A DNA stretch of 64,000 bases from Candidatus Marinacidobacterales bacterium (GTDB lineage: Bacteria; Acidobacteriota; Vicinamibacteria; Marinacidobacterales; SMYC01). Location of the stretch: contig OZ250169.1 in the NCBI GenBank assembly GCA_965237955.1, positions 1,280,001-1,344,000 on the forward strand. The letters are read 5' to 3'. Positions 1 to 11,215 of this stretch are shown one piece after another. The position numbers were made by a program, and so were the translations under genes. The notes beneath the pieces were generated by a model. It did no database searches, had not been told where the DNA came from, and saw nothing but the letters and a program-made list of their open reading frames with translations. Numbering within the stretch: the stretch's first letter is position 1; each line of letters starts with the position of its first letter.

Positions 1-153
1 GCACGCGTGAAGAAGGTCTCCGACATCGCAGGCTACTCCAGTCCCGAAGAGTTCATCACCCACGCGCTCGAAAAAGAGCTCGCCAAGCTCGAGGATGCCG
101 GCTCCGAGGAAGAGATCAAGAAACGATTGAAAGGTCTGGGCTACATCTCGTAG
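1..153 (+). CDS. 3' part of small hypothetical protein (possibly ribbon-helix-helix-like), runs off window start
   Basis: Frame 1 reads ARVKKVSDIAGYSSPEEFITHALEKELAKLEDAGSEEEIKKRLKGLGYIS*; TAG at 151-153. Confidence 0.7.
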   Translation, partial: ARVKKVSDIAGYSSPEEFITHALEKELAKLEDAGSEEEIKKRLKGLGYIS

Positions 154-168
154 CCGGCTCGCCGCCGC

Positions 169-999
169 ATGTCGTTCATCAACGCACTCCTGCGCACGCT
201 AATAGACGGGCTCCTCTACCCGTTCCGCGACCTTTCACCGATCGTCGGCCTGACCGTGGTGTCGCTTCTGACCGCGATTGGCCTTCTGATCGTCTTCAAG
301 CACACGTCGAACCAAAAGGCGCTCAAGGACGTGAAGCGGAAGATCCACGCCGGGCTCTTCGAGATCCGTCTCTACAACGACGACTTCCGGTTGATGGTGA
401 GGGCCCAGTCCGGGATCCTACGCGCGAACCTGACCTACATGCGCTACTCGATGGCACCGATGATTTGGACCCTCCCACCGCTCATCCTTCTCATCGCGCA
501 GCTTCAGTTCCACTACGGCTACAGCGGCCTTACGCCCGGCCAGGAAGTGCTGCTCAAAATCGAGTTTTCGGAAGGAGCCTACGGCGGCGACGAAAAGCCT
601 CCCTACGCGGTGACGACCCCGGAGGGCTTACAGCTCGACGACCTTGCGGTATGGATCCCAACCCTCGGCGAGATGGCGTGGCGCCTCACCGCGGACGCGC
701 CGGGCGACTACGAGCTCGAGATTCGAAACGGCACTGGGAGCGCCACCGCCACCAAGACGGTGAGGGTCACCGATAGCGTCGTCCGGCGCTCACCGTTCAA
801 AGTCCGCGGCTTTCTGAATGAGCTCATCTACCCAGCCGAGGCGTCACTCCCGAGCGACGGAGCCATCGAGTCGATTACGGTGACCTACCCCGACGCAAAC
901 GTGGACGTCTTCGTCGAGCTCCATTGGATGATTGTCTACTTCGTGTTGTCGATCGTATTCGCCTTCATCCTCCGCGGCCCGCTCGGTGTCACGCTGTAG
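169..999 (+). CDS. Hypothetical membrane protein
   Basis: 276-aa ORF with N-terminal, central and C-terminal hydrophobic helices; host-like codon usage. Confidence 0.75.
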   Translation: MSFINALLRTLIDGLLYPFRDLSPIVGLTVVSLLTAIGLLIVFKHTSNQKALKDVKRKIHAGLFEIRLYNDDFRLMVRAQSGILRANLTYMRYSMAPMIWTLPPLILLIAQLQFHYGYSGLTPGQEVLLKIEFSEGAYGGDEKPPYAVTTPEGLQLDDLAVWIPTLGEMAWRLTADAPGDYELEIRNGTGSATATKTVRVTDSVVRRSPFKVRGFLNELIYPAEASLPSDGAIESITVTYPDANVDVFVELHWMIVYFVLSIVFAFILRGPLGVTL

Positions 1000-1096
1000 G
1001 GATTCCCACATAGCGAAGCGCGCAGCCCCCGAACATCGAGCTCTAAGCGGTGCATTCAAAGGCACTTAACCCCTGTCTCCGTCGCCCGAGTCCGGC

Positions 1097-3136
1097 ATGG
1101 GACTTGCTACGCATGGAGGTATGGACGGAGATCTGCGTGCGTGGGCGAGAGGATCGATTCTCGCGTCTGCGCTCATGGCGCTAGGAGCACCAGCGTCCGC
1201 GCAAGTCGCTACCGGCACGTACGACGGCAATGGTAGTGCCGGCCGGTCCATCACTGTAGGGTTCCGCCCCAACTTCGTGTTCATCAAAGTAGACTACGAG
1301 AACATCGCCGATAATGACTTGTCGTCCGGCGTCATCCGGACAGCCATGATGACGGGCGACAACGCCAAACCGTTGACGGGCATTCAGGCCCTGATGTCCG
1401 GGCTCATCACCTCGCTCGATGTGAACGGGTTCACCGTCGGAAACGACCTGCGGGTCAACGCCGCCGGTGCAAGCTGCGGGGGCACGTGCACCTACTATTG
1501 GACCGTGTTCGGCGCCGATCCCGATTTCGCCATGGGCAGCTACACCGGCAACGGCACCAGCGTCGGCGACCCACAGTCCATCACCGGGCTCGGCTTTTCA
1601 CCGGAATACGTCATGGTGCTGCCCGCCACGACGAGACGAGCCGGCCACCGCACCACCGCTGGCGGCACCTTCAGCCGGCGCATGAGCCCGAATGGAAGCG
1701 CGCTCACGGACGCGATCACGTCCATGGATGCCGACGGCTTTACGGTGACGGTGAGCTCGAGCGCCGGTGACAACCCGAACGAGAACAGCCAGACCTACTA
1801 TTACGCCGCGTGGAACGCTGCACCGGGGAAGATGGTCATCGGCGAATATCTCGGCAACGGCGTCAACAACCGGCAGATCATCGGTACGAGCTTCTCCCCG
1901 AGTTGGTTGATCCTCTCCGCGTACGACGACGGGAAAGACCCGATTCACCGCACGAAAGACATGCCGACAGATGCAGGAAGCAGCTTCCGAAAGGATGTAC
2001 AGACCGGATACGTGCGCGCGCTCTTGCCGAACGGGTTCCAGATTGGCAGCAACAACGTCGTCAACGAAGCCGGCTTCAACTTCTTCTGGGTCGCGTTCGG
2101 CAACCAAGCAGCATGTCCCCCCATGACCGTTTCAGAATCAGGCGGCACGATTACGACCACCGCGGCTGGCAGCTTCGAGCTTCGGTTCAACTCGTCCGTC
2201 GGCGGCAGTATCGACCAGTGGTACGAGTTGAATCGCGATCCAGATCGGTCGACCAACTTGATGAACAACACGGGCGCGAACAACGAGTACGCTTTGAACG
2301 ATTTCGCGCTCTACAACGCGCCGACGACCTATCAGCTCAATGCGGAGACTGCTGCCGCACTCGAGCTTTTGGAGGTCACGCCGCTTCGCACTTTGGTGCG
2401 CGCCGAAGGCGAGCTTGGTAACGTCGCCGGTTTCGACTACCGCCAAAAGACCACCGCCTACAGCTCGGGGAAACTCTACAACCGGATGCAGTTCACGAAC
2501 AACACCGGTGGGCCACTTTCGACGTATCAAGTGAACTGGTACGCCGGCGCTGACTACTCCGTAAACTGGTTGGGGTTGACGGATCCCGAGGGAACGCTCA
2601 GCGACGCGACCGAGCCGAACGCGTACACCGACGATTACGCGCTCAAGTACGCCAACGCCGCCTCGCCCGGTGACGAGCATTTCGGAAACATCCTCTTCAT
2701 TCCGTCACGAGACTACAGCGAGTTCTCCGAAACCGGTTGGGAATGGAAGAACGACTCAGGTGACGACGGCGGCTACATCAAGCTCATGGGAACCGAAACG
2801 TTTGGCGTCGGCGGCGGTATCATCGTCACGCACAACACGGTCTTGAAATCCGACGCTATCGAGTCGATTGCCGAGGCTCGACCGTTCGCCGACGACTACC
2901 GTTTGCCCGACGTTCTCAACGTGACGACGGGAAGCGAGTGGTTCCACGCGTCCGAGAGTACGTCGTCGCCATCCGATTCTTTCAACGAAGCCGAAGGTGC
3001 CTACACGCTCGACTTCGATCCCACCAATGGCCTCGTGTTCGATATCGACGGTGGGACGACGGAACGCCGGCTTCCTGTCTATAAGATTCGCCAATGGCGG
3101 TCTCTCGGCGGCGCGAGCTCGGTGAGCTTCACCGGG
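1097..3136 (+). pseudogene. Large secreted repeat protein truncated by IS5
   Basis: Signal peptide (…ASAQ) and three ~100-aa repeats starting G(T/S/E)YxGNG…GFxP; the ORF runs into the IS5 inverted repeat at 3137. Confidence 0.75.
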
Positions 3137-4231
3137 ACGCTGCCTTGGTGCACAACTCCGATAGAGGCCGATAGCTCGCTTGGCCCCGACTCCCATCATC
3201 CGATCATCTCGCTATCAGGCATCCCGAGCGCCGTCATGGTGTTGAGAATCTTGCACCCGATCCTTGCCTCGACTCTCTGTGCCGCCAACCCTCTCGCTCG
3301 CATCGCTGAGCCCACGATAGCCTTGTAGCGATGGAACGTTGTCTCGACTTTGCTCCGTTTGCTGTAGCCCGATTCTGTGTGCCACTTTCGTTTGCCGAGC
3401 CGAGCTTGTGCTGCAATGTTGCGATTGCGCTGTCGGCTGCTCGCCGGCCCCGATGCGAGCTGGGCGCCCTTGCGCGGCGGTATCAGCACCCTCGGCGAGC
3501 AATGAGCGCTGTGATTCTCGATTGCCTCATAGACGCCGCCGGCGTCGTATGCGGTGTCAGCTCTGGCCGATGAGATGGGACTGTCGATCTGTCCGACAAG
3601 CGATGCAACCCGCGATGAATCGCGGGCTCTTTTGCTCGTCAGCTCGCCGGCGACGACTTCGCCACTCTGCTCGTCGACACACAGATGGAGCTTGCGATAG
3701 TCCCTGCTCTTTGGTGCTCTGCGCAGCTGGCCGGCGTGGACAGCGAGACCGCTGCTGTCGATCAAGATGTGCAACGGCGTCTTCTGCTTGTCTTGGTAGA
3801 AGGGGACCTTACCCAGCTTCGCCTTGCGCCTCGAGATCGTGGTGTGATCGGGCACATCATTGTCTAGCTTCATCAGAGCGAACAACGATCGCATCAATCC
3901 CTCGCTCTGCCTAGATGACAGATGAAACACCATGCCCAGGGTGACAGCCGTCTCGATGGCGTGGTTCGAGTACTTGCGTTGACGGCCCGGTTTCCTCCTC
4001 CTCGGCCGGGGCGCGTCCCAGTTCACAAGCTTGCCGGCGGTGAGCGAGATCCAGACGGTCAGGCTCCCACGGTTGCGTAGACCCGCCTCATATTCACGCC
4101 AATTCCTCACGCGATAGGCCTTCTTCACATACTTCCGCTGAGTGCGTTTGAAAATGCTCATGGGGAACCTCGAATCCGTGAGTAAAGGACAATTGTGGAC
4201 CGAGATCGCGAGTTGTGCACCAAGGCAGCGT
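3137..4231 (-). mobile_element. IS5 family (IS903 group) insertion sequence
   Basis: Perfect 22-bp inverted repeat ACGCTGCCTTGGTGCACAACTC at 3137-3158 and 4210-4231 (core IR probably 3141-3158 / 4210-4227); no TSD seen. Confidence 0.9.
3196..4161 (-). CDS. IS5/IS903-group DDE transposase
   Basis: YRVRNWREYEAGLRNRGSLTVW, PDHTTISRR, IDSSG, ADTAYD, SGYSKRSKVET motifs; ATG at 4161. Confidence 0.92.
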   Translation of the reverse strand: MSIFKRTQRKYVKKAYRVRNWREYEAGLRNRGSLTVWISLTAGKLVNWDAPRPRRRKPGRQRKYSNHAIETAVTLGMVFHLSSRQSEGLMRSLFALMKLDNDVPDHTTISRRKAKLGKVPFYQDKQKTPLHILIDSSGLAVHAGQLRRAPKSRDYRKLHLCVDEQSGEVVAGELTSKRARDSSRVASLVGQIDSPISSARADTAYDAGGVYEAIENHSAHCSPRVLIPPRKGAQLASGPASSRQRNRNIAAQARLGKRKWHTESGYSKRSKVETTFHRYKAIVGSAMRARGLAAQRVEARIGCKILNTMTALGMPDSEMIG

Positions 4232-5079
4232 GCCTTCGGAACTTCGGGACGTGGTACGGCGCCTATCCCTACGGTCACGTTACCATCGTCGATCCCGCCT
4301 ATGGAAGTGGCGCCGGGGGGATGGAGTACCCGACGTTTTTCACCGCGGGCACACGCTTTTTCAACACAGTCGGAACGGGATCGCCCGAAAGCGTCACCGT
4401 GCACGAGTGCGGCCACCAGTTCTGGTACGGCATCGTGGGGAACAACGAGTTCGAGCACGCGTGGCTCGACGAAGGGTTCACCACGTTCTCCACCGCGCGC
4501 ACGATGGACGTGACCTATGGAAATCGAACCCTCTCGCGCCGGTACTTGAATCCGCGGGGCGCACGCCGCATGACCGGTTTTCTGCCGGTTCTGTTCGAAG
4601 GTATCGAGCGGGATCGCATCATCGGCGGCAACCGCCTCGATGGCTATCGCGCCGCCGCCACCGCGGACGCACAGTCGACACCGACGTTTCAGTACTACCC
4701 GGCCACCGGGAGCGCGCACAGCTACAACAAGACCGCGCTCTGGCTAACGACGCTCGAGCGCTACCTCGGATGTGCCACGCTTCAGGAGATCATGTCGACG
4801 TACTTCGAACGCTACAAGTTCCGACACCCTAGCCCGCAGGACTTCTTCGACGTCGCGAACGAGGTGAGCGGCCAGGATCTGACGTGGTTCTTCGACCAAG
4901 TGTATCGAAGCTCGAACGACTTCGACTACGCGTGTTCCGCTTCAGTGGAAATGAGACTTTCTGCAAGTGACGGGTTCTCTCCCCTGCCTGGGTGAACTGC
5001 CATGGTATCGCCACCGGGAGGATAGGGCACTGCTGGGAAGCAACCCGAGCGCCCGGTGGCCGGAATACGGTTGGCATTA

Positions 5080-6180
5080 TTACGCACTGTGTTCATGCTC
5101 CCGGGCTCCGGTATGAGCCAAACCGGATCCGCTCAAAGCGGAAAATCCCGGGGGTTCGGGGGCAGAGCCCCCGTTCGCTATGTGACAACTGGATTCTCCG
5201 AGCCGTTTGAGGTTTTCTTCGCGGCGATGCTTGCGTGCGTTCTCGAGTTTGTCGAGACGTACCTGCTTGCGCTCTTCGTGACGGAGGAGAAACCGGTCTT
5301 CGGGCGTGAGGTATTCGATTCCTGCGTGGAGCCTCTTTGCGTTGTAAATCTCTATCCATTCTCCGATGATGTCTTTCGCGTGAAGCTGATTGCGAAGCTC
5401 CTTGTCGGAGAGGCCCTCCTCGCGCAACGTGCGATGAAATCGCTCGATTGCACCGTTGGACTGCGGATGATGAATGCGAATACGAATCTGCTTCAATGAG
5501 AAGTGCTTGATGAGTTTGCGGAAGTCCTTGCTGGTAAATTGGCTGCCGTTGTCGTTGACAATCTGGGGCCGTTCTCCAGGGTAGCGCTCCAGTGCTGCAT
5601 GGACCACATCCGTCACTTCGGCGGCGGTCATGCGCGACAGCAGTTCCCAGTACACGATGTAGCGCGAGAAGCCGTCCAGCACTCCGATGAAGAAATACCA
5701 CCGTCCCGCGATCCACAGGTACATCAAGTCCGTATGCCAGCGTTCGTGGGGGCGTTTCGGAAGTTCGGGCTTGCGGCCTACGGACGGTGTGGCATTCCAC
5801 CTTGCGAGCAAATCGTTCCGGTCCAGAATGCGGTACACGCTGCTCGGGCTCAGGCAAACGACATCCTCGTCCACCATCATCCAGCACAGCCGCCGGTAGC
5901 CGTCCCGTGGGTGTGCTAAAGCATAGACCGTCACCGCCTCCTCCTCTTCGGCAAGCACCTGGTCCAAGTCTGGTGCCTTGGGCTTGATGTCCTCCAGCGC
6001 TCCCTCCTTGCGCCTCTTTTGCCAGCGGTAGTACAGCGAGCGAGAGAGCCCGAGCTTCGAGACAACCCATTCCAGCTTCACCCGGCTTCTCTCCATCGTC
6101 TGCTCGATACAATCCAAAATCCTCAACTTCTCGTGCGGCTCGAAACGACACCGGTCGACTAGCTTCCAAGCGTTTTTTTT
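5080..6180 (-). CDS. IS3 OrfB integrase-core transposase, fused by -1 programmed frameshift
   Basis: WHTD, DNGSQF, PQSNGAIERF DDE motifs; frame is -1 to OrfA and open from the A8 run at 6173-6180. Confidence 0.9.
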   Translation of the reverse strand, partial: KKNAWKLVDRCRFEPHEKLRILDCIEQTMERSRVKLEWVVSKLGLSRSLYYRWQKRRKEGALEDIKPKAPDLDQVLAEEEEAVTVYALAHPRDGYRRLCWMMVDEDVVCLSPSSVYRILDRNDLLARWNATPSVGRKPELPKRPHERWHTDLMYLWIAGRWYFFIGVLDGFSRYIVYWELLSRMTAAEVTDVVHAALERYPGERPQIVNDNGSQFTSKDFRKLIKHFSLKQIRIRIHHPQSNGAIERFHRTLREEGLSDKELRNQLHAKDIIGEWIEIYNAKRLHAGIEYLTPEDRFLLRHEERKQVRLDKLENARKHRREENLKRLGESSCHIANGGSAPEPPGFSALSGSGLAHTGAREHEHSA

Positions 6181-6452
6181 AGGTCCAGATTCTCCATGGT
6201 GATCTCTACCACCACCGATTTCATCCTCTCAAGCTCTTGACGCAGCTTCTCCTCGCGGCGAGACGCCTTCTCCTTCTTGCCATTCTGAAATGATTCCAGT
6301 GTCGCCTCCTCCGATTGTTTCAGCCACTGATAGTACTGCCCTGTATTCAATGCGTGGCGCCGACACACCTCGGACACCGTCGCACCACTCTCCTGGCACT
6401 CCTTGAGTATCTGCAGCTTCTCCTTCGCTGACCAACGTTTCCTGCCGTCCAT
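6159..6452 (-). CDS. IS3 OrfA (HTH)
   Basis: RKRWSAKEKLQIL…TVSEVCRRHAL…YYQW HTH followed by a coiled coil; ends LKKT at an A8 slippery run. Confidence 0.9.
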   Translation of the reverse strand: MDGRKRWSAKEKLQILKECQESGATVSEVCRRHALNTGQYYQWLKQSEEATLESFQNGKKEKASRREEKLRQELERMKSVVVEITMENLDLKKTLGS

Positions 6453-6998
6453 CTCTGCCTTCTCCCTTCGTTGAGTATAAGACAGAGGCGAAAACCGTCA
6501 CTTACTACGACCCCCAAAAGTCTCATTTTGGCTGAACCAATACAACGCGATCGGGCGTGTCGCCAGTGATCCGGTCGAGCTCGCGGGCTATGTGAAGCAG
6601 GGTTCGGATTTCGTGCACCAGACGGGTCACGATGGTGATGACGAGGCCGAGCTCTATCGTACCGAGGTCGTCGTTCAGCGACGAGGCGCAGCACGTTTCC
6701 CCGTCGAAGTTCTCATGGTGTTCGAGGACGGCTCGGAAGTGAAAAAAGAGTGGGACGGCCAGGCACGATGGAAGCTCTACGTCGAAGAAAGAGGCTCGAA
6801 GCTCGCGTATGCGGTCGTCGACCCCGAGCGCAAGCTCATGCTCGACCTCTACTACACGAACAACTCAAAACGCCTCGAGCCCGATGCGAAGCTTCCGGCC
6901 CGCAAGTGGGCCTCGAAGTGGATGATTTGGTTTCAGGACCTCTTGACCACGTTCGCTTTCTTCAGTTAGCCGTACAACAAACGGGGGAGTCACGAAAA

Positions 6999-7936
6999 AT
7001 GTCCGCGACCGGAGCAGCGTTCACAGGCCTTGGTAAAGTTCTCGGCTCGCCGAGCGTCGTTTTGTGGCTATGGCTTGCCAACGTTGTGGTGGCGCTGCCG
7101 GCGGCCATGGTGCTCACAGGCTCGATCCGCGAGTCGGTGGGCGGCAGCCTCGTTGGCGAGAAACTCCGTGACGGCTTCGACATGGGCTGGTACGGAGAAT
7201 ATCTAGCGAACGCCAAGGGGATCGAAAGCTCGTTCACGCCGACGATAGTAGGTGCGGGCGCGTTCTTCAACAATATCGAGGCTTGGCTCAACGGAAACCT
7301 CTTCGAGGTGCACCCGGGTCTATTGGGTCTCGGGATCCTCTACGCGCTTCTGTGGTCACTGTTTCTCGGTGGCGTCCTGCACCGCTACGGCGAAGCCGCC
7401 GGACTCTTCCGTCTGGGAGAGTTCCTATCTCATGGTGGCGAACTTTTTTTCGTTTCGTGCGACTCGCGGTGCTCTCGGGAGCGCTTTATTACGGGGTCTA
7501 CCGCTTTTCCGGATGGCTCTTCCGGCGGATCGAGCGTGCGACTCAGGACGTGACCGTCGAGGAGTCGGTGTTCGCGTACGTGGTCGTGGCGAGCTTCGTC
7601 GTCGTGTTCCTCCTCACGTTCGTCAACATGGCTTTCGATTACGCTAAGATCGCTACGTTTCGAGAGAACCGGCGCAGCATGGTACTCGCGTCACTGAAAG
7701 GATTCGGCTTCGTGCTCTCCCACATGAGACGAACGATGACTCTCTACTACGGGCTCGGGTTCGTGGGGCTCGTCATGCTGTTCGTGTACCACGCGATTGC
7801 GCCTGGCCCCGGGCAGTCGACGATGTTGGGCGTCGGTGCTGCCTTCTTCGTGGGGCAGTTGTACCTGCTTGCGAAGCTCGTGCTGCGCCTGACGTTCTAC
7901 TCGGGTCAGATGGCGCTCTTCGACGCGAGACGCTGA
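6999..7936 (+). CDS. Multi-pass membrane protein with one frameshift (~7445, T run)
   Basis: ORFs 6750-7553 and 7283-7936 join at a homopolymer (GGELF-FRFVRL); likely a sequencing indel. Confidence 0.7.
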
Positions 7937-7992
7937 GCAGAAGACCCTACCTTAAATTAATAGAGTCGTTCTTTTCCAGGCTTTTCCAGGCG

Positions 7993-8460
7993 CTAGGACT
8001 CGAGACTGCCGGCGCCGGGGAGCGAGCCGTACACCTCGTTCAGTCGTTTGGCGAGGTATTCTCCCGCCTGGATCGGCGGGGAGCGAGCGGGTCGCTCGGG
8101 CCCACAGCATGGTGGAAGGCATTCGATCCACGTGTCGTAGTTCGTCCCGAAGAAAAACGGGATCGTGTAGCGCTCCCGTCCGCTCTTGTTGAGGACGCGG
8201 TGGGGTGTAGCGCGGAAGACGTCGTTGGTCCACCGCGCGAGCATTTCCCCGAGGTTGACGACGAACGTGCCTGGGACGAGGTCGACGTCGAACCACTCGT
8301 CGTTTCGTTGAATTTGTAAACCGCCGACCTCGCCCTGATCGAGGATGGTGAAGCACTCGTAGTCGCAGTGAGCGCCGATCCCGAGGGTCATTTCCTTATT
8401 CGGCTCTTGGGACGGGTAGTGAAGGAGCCGTAGCTGCGCGATCGGCCGGTCGGGCTTGTC
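7993..8460 (-). pseudogene. C-terminal fragment of 2OG-Fe(II) oxygenase (isopenicillin N synthase-like)
   Basis: LRLLHYP…GAHCDY…VVNLGEML…ATPHRV…RYTIPFF; N-terminal half absent. Confidence 0.8.
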
Positions 8461-8461
8461 T

Positions 8462-8786
8462 ATCGCGGTCTGTACCTCCTGTGCTACCTGATGAAGAGCT
8501 TGGTGTTCCTGCAGTTCTGGTTGATTGCGGAAGAGGTGTGCGACATCCGCCAGGCGAAGCGTCTCTTTCCCATGCTCCTTGGCTTCAGCCTTGTCGGCGG
8601 CGTCACCGCGTCGATCCCTACGAGTTGGTGCGACTCAACGCCATCGAAGGCCTCGGCCGGCTCGCGTCGGCGAGCAGTCTCGTGCTGCTGCAGAAGATTG
8701 CGCGCGAGCAGACGGGACGCACCCGGCAGTATGCGGCCGCAGCCATCGAGAGAATCCTGTCTCGAACCGACCTCGCGGTCGAATGA
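8462..8786 (+). pseudogene. Internally deleted Npt1/NTT-type transporter-HEAT repeat protein remnant
   Basis: LQFWLIAEEVCDIRQAKRLFPMLLG (NTT-like) abuts the HEAT-like DPYELVRLNAIEGLGRL in another frame. Confidence 0.6.
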
Positions 8787-8842
8787 GGCCGGTGGAGAAT
8801 CCTGATAAGCTAGCGCTCGATTTTCGTTCGGGAGAGGCAATT

Positions 8843-9724
8843 ATGAAAAAGACAGTGCATCCAACAACTTCTTTTGTTCTGGCAGCGGTGCTGATTGTGA
8901 TCGGCGCGCATTTCGCAACCGCCCAAGACTTCGACGCCGTGGAGATGAAGGTGCATCCGGTTGCCGGCCAGGTGTACTACATCGAAGGCAGGGGCGGGAA
9001 CATCGGTCTTTTTGTCGGTGATGACGGTGTGTTTCTGATCGACGATCAGTTCGCTCCGTTGACCGACAAGATCGTCGCCGCGGTCAGGACCGTCTCCGAT
9101 AAGCCGATTCGCTTTCTCGTGAACACCCACATGCATCCGGATCACACCGGTGGCAACGAGAACTTCGGCAAGATGGGGACGCTGATCTTCGGCCACGAAA
9201 ACGTCCGCACCCAGATGGAGCTCGCCGGGTACGAGCAAGCACCGCCGCTAGTGACGTACGGTGATGACATCACTTTCTATATCAATGGAGAGACTGTCTA
9301 CGCGTTCAAGACACCCGACGCGCATACGAACAACGATTCCTACATCGTCTTCAAAGGCTCGAATGTCATCCATACCGGTGATATCTACCGAACGACGAGC
9401 TATCCGTACGCTGATACCACCAACGGGGGCACTTTTCTCGGTACGATCAAAGCCCTCGATCTCCTGATTGAAATTTCGAACGCGGACACGAAGATCCTTC
9501 CGGGCCACGGAGTCCTCTCGAACGTCGGCGAGGTAAGAGCGTGGCGCGACATGCTTCTGACCATCCGCGATCGCGTCAGCTCGGCCATCGCTGCGGGAAA
9601 GACGTTGGAGGAAATACAAGCGGCGGGGTTGACGAAAGAATACGACGAGCGCTGGGACAGCGGCCGGCGCATTGGTAGCGCGGCCACCCTGCTCGAAGCC
9701 GCCTACAAAGACCTTGCACCGTAG
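8843..9724 (+). CDS. Secreted MBL-fold metallo-hydrolase
   Basis: Signal peptide; THMHPDH, AHT, TGD and PGHG motifs; GGAG RBS upstream. Confidence 0.88.
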   Translation: MKKTVHPTTSFVLAAVLIVIGAHFATAQDFDAVEMKVHPVAGQVYYIEGRGGNIGLFVGDDGVFLIDDQFAPLTDKIVAAVRTVSDKPIRFLVNTHMHPDHTGGNENFGKMGTLIFGHENVRTQMELAGYEQAPPLVTYGDDITFYINGETVYAFKTPDAHTNNDSYIVFKGSNVIHTGDIYRTTSYPYADTTNGGTFLGTIKALDLLIEISNADTKILPGHGVLSNVGEVRAWRDMLLTIRDRVSSAIAAGKTLEEIQAAGLTKEYDERWDSGRRIGSAATLLEAAYKDLAP

Positions 9725-9747
9725 GAAACGCGATCACGAAGGCCCGA

Positions 9748-11067
9748 TCACTGCGAAACGACGCGCTCGAGATCTTCGAACCAATTGACGACGACGCGCA
9801 GTCCCGCGGCACGCCCTCGTCTCGTTGCACGAAGATGAAACGCTCCCCGTCCAGCGATACGTCGTAGTTTTGATTGCGCCCGCCCCCGCCCACGACGAAG
9901 CGCGCGGTGACCACGGTCCTGGGCGTCCCCGCTTCGAGGTTGTCTCCGGTCTCGACATCCACCGCGAGGAGCTCGTCGCCGTGGCGGTAGAAGAGCTCCG
10001 TTCCGTCTCTCGACCACACTGGCTCGCGCCCGCCGTCCGTCGAGATCACCTGTTTGCCTTCTGGACCGGGAAACGCTTGAACGTAGATTTCGTCTCCGCC
10101 CGTTTCATCGGAGACGTAGGCGAGCCAACGTCCGTTCGGCGAGAGCCTCGGCGAGCGCTCGCTCGCGTCCGTCACCACCAAGGGTACGGGCTCGCCATCG
10201 AGAGGAAGCATCCAGATGTCGCCTCCCGTCGAGGGATGCATCTCGTAAAACACGAGGCTCCTGCCGTCCGGCGACCAAGACGTCGGCCATTGACTTCCCT
10301 CGCGCACGGGAAGAACGAGCTCTGCCTCGCCACTTCCGTCCGCTCGACGCGAATACATGCCTGTGTCGGTCGTATACGTGACGCGACGGCCGTCGGGGGT
10401 CCACGTTGGCGCACTTCCTCCGACGCGCGTCCGGGTCCCGCGCACGACATCGAAAATCCAAGCCTCCTCTTCTCCCAAGTCGCTGATGCTCACCGCTAGC
10501 TGAGACCCATCCGGCGACAGACGCGGGGCGTCGTACGCGGCGGGCTCGGCCGCGACGGGCGTGACCCGACCTTCGCGATCGACCCAGGCTAGCGTCAATC
10601 CACCCCCAACTTTGGTTTCCCCGGCTGCGTAAACCAACGTTCCGACCTGTGATATCGCGACATAGTCGATTCGATCGCTGGAATAGATATCCTCGAGCAC
10701 GATAGTGGGAGAGCTCGTCGACTCGAGTGTTTCTAGATCGAAAGCCACTGCCCACAGACCTCCCGATTGCGTATAGACGAGGTGTCCTGATGGCACATGA
10801 CCCACCAGGGTCGCGTTGGCCGCCCTCTGAACCGACGTCGTGAAGCGTGCAAATGTGAGGATGGTTCAAGCTGGAGACAGCACGCGCCTCGCGCTCGAAA
10901 CGCTCGCGAAAGGCTGGATCGGACGAGACGAGTCGGTGGAGCACCTTGATGGCGACGGTGCGATCGAGGCGAGTATCGCGGGCTTTGTAGACTTCGCCCA
11001 TGCCGCCCTGGCCGATCGCACCGACCACTTCGAAGTGACCTAACTTGTCGCCGGCAGAAAGTGGCAT
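9748..11067 (-). pseudogene. Ser/Thr kinase-TolB beta-propeller protein with large internal deletion
   Basis: MPLSAGDKLGHFEVVGAIGQGGMGEVY…HPHICTLHDVG jumps at ~10810 into PD40 repeats (WSPDGR); extra frameshift near 9810. Confidence 0.85.
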
Positions 11068-11215
11068 GAATGGCACTCGCGAGACAACACCCGGGCCCGT
11101 CCCGAGTCGAGCCCGAGTCGAAACGCGCGATTGTATCGCGGTAACCAGGCTTGGGTCACGTCGGGTGCTCGGATACACTTGGGCATCTTGTGGCCTACAT
11201 ACAGAGGAAACGCGC

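Larger units (their letters stand above)
4933..6544 (-). mobile_element. IS3 family insertion sequence
   Basis: TG…CA ends, imperfect TIRs (TGTTCCGCTTCAGTGGAAATGAGACTTT / AAAGTCTCATTTTGGCTGAACCAATACA), 5-bp TSD ACGCG at 4928-4932 and 6545-6549. Confidence 0.93.
4232..6969 (+). pseudogene. M1-family aminopeptidase, 5'-truncated at IS5 and interrupted by IS3
   Basis: GGMEYP and HECGH-X18-E motifs; removing IS3 plus one TSD copy restores FDYAIGRVASDPVELAGYVKQ in frame with 6592-6969. Confidence 0.9.

Noticed and set aside
5149-5173. GGGGGTTCGGGGGCAGAGCCCCCG hairpin motif in the IS3 end
   Set aside because: Short GC hairpin commonly seen near IS ends; nothing further is supportable here.
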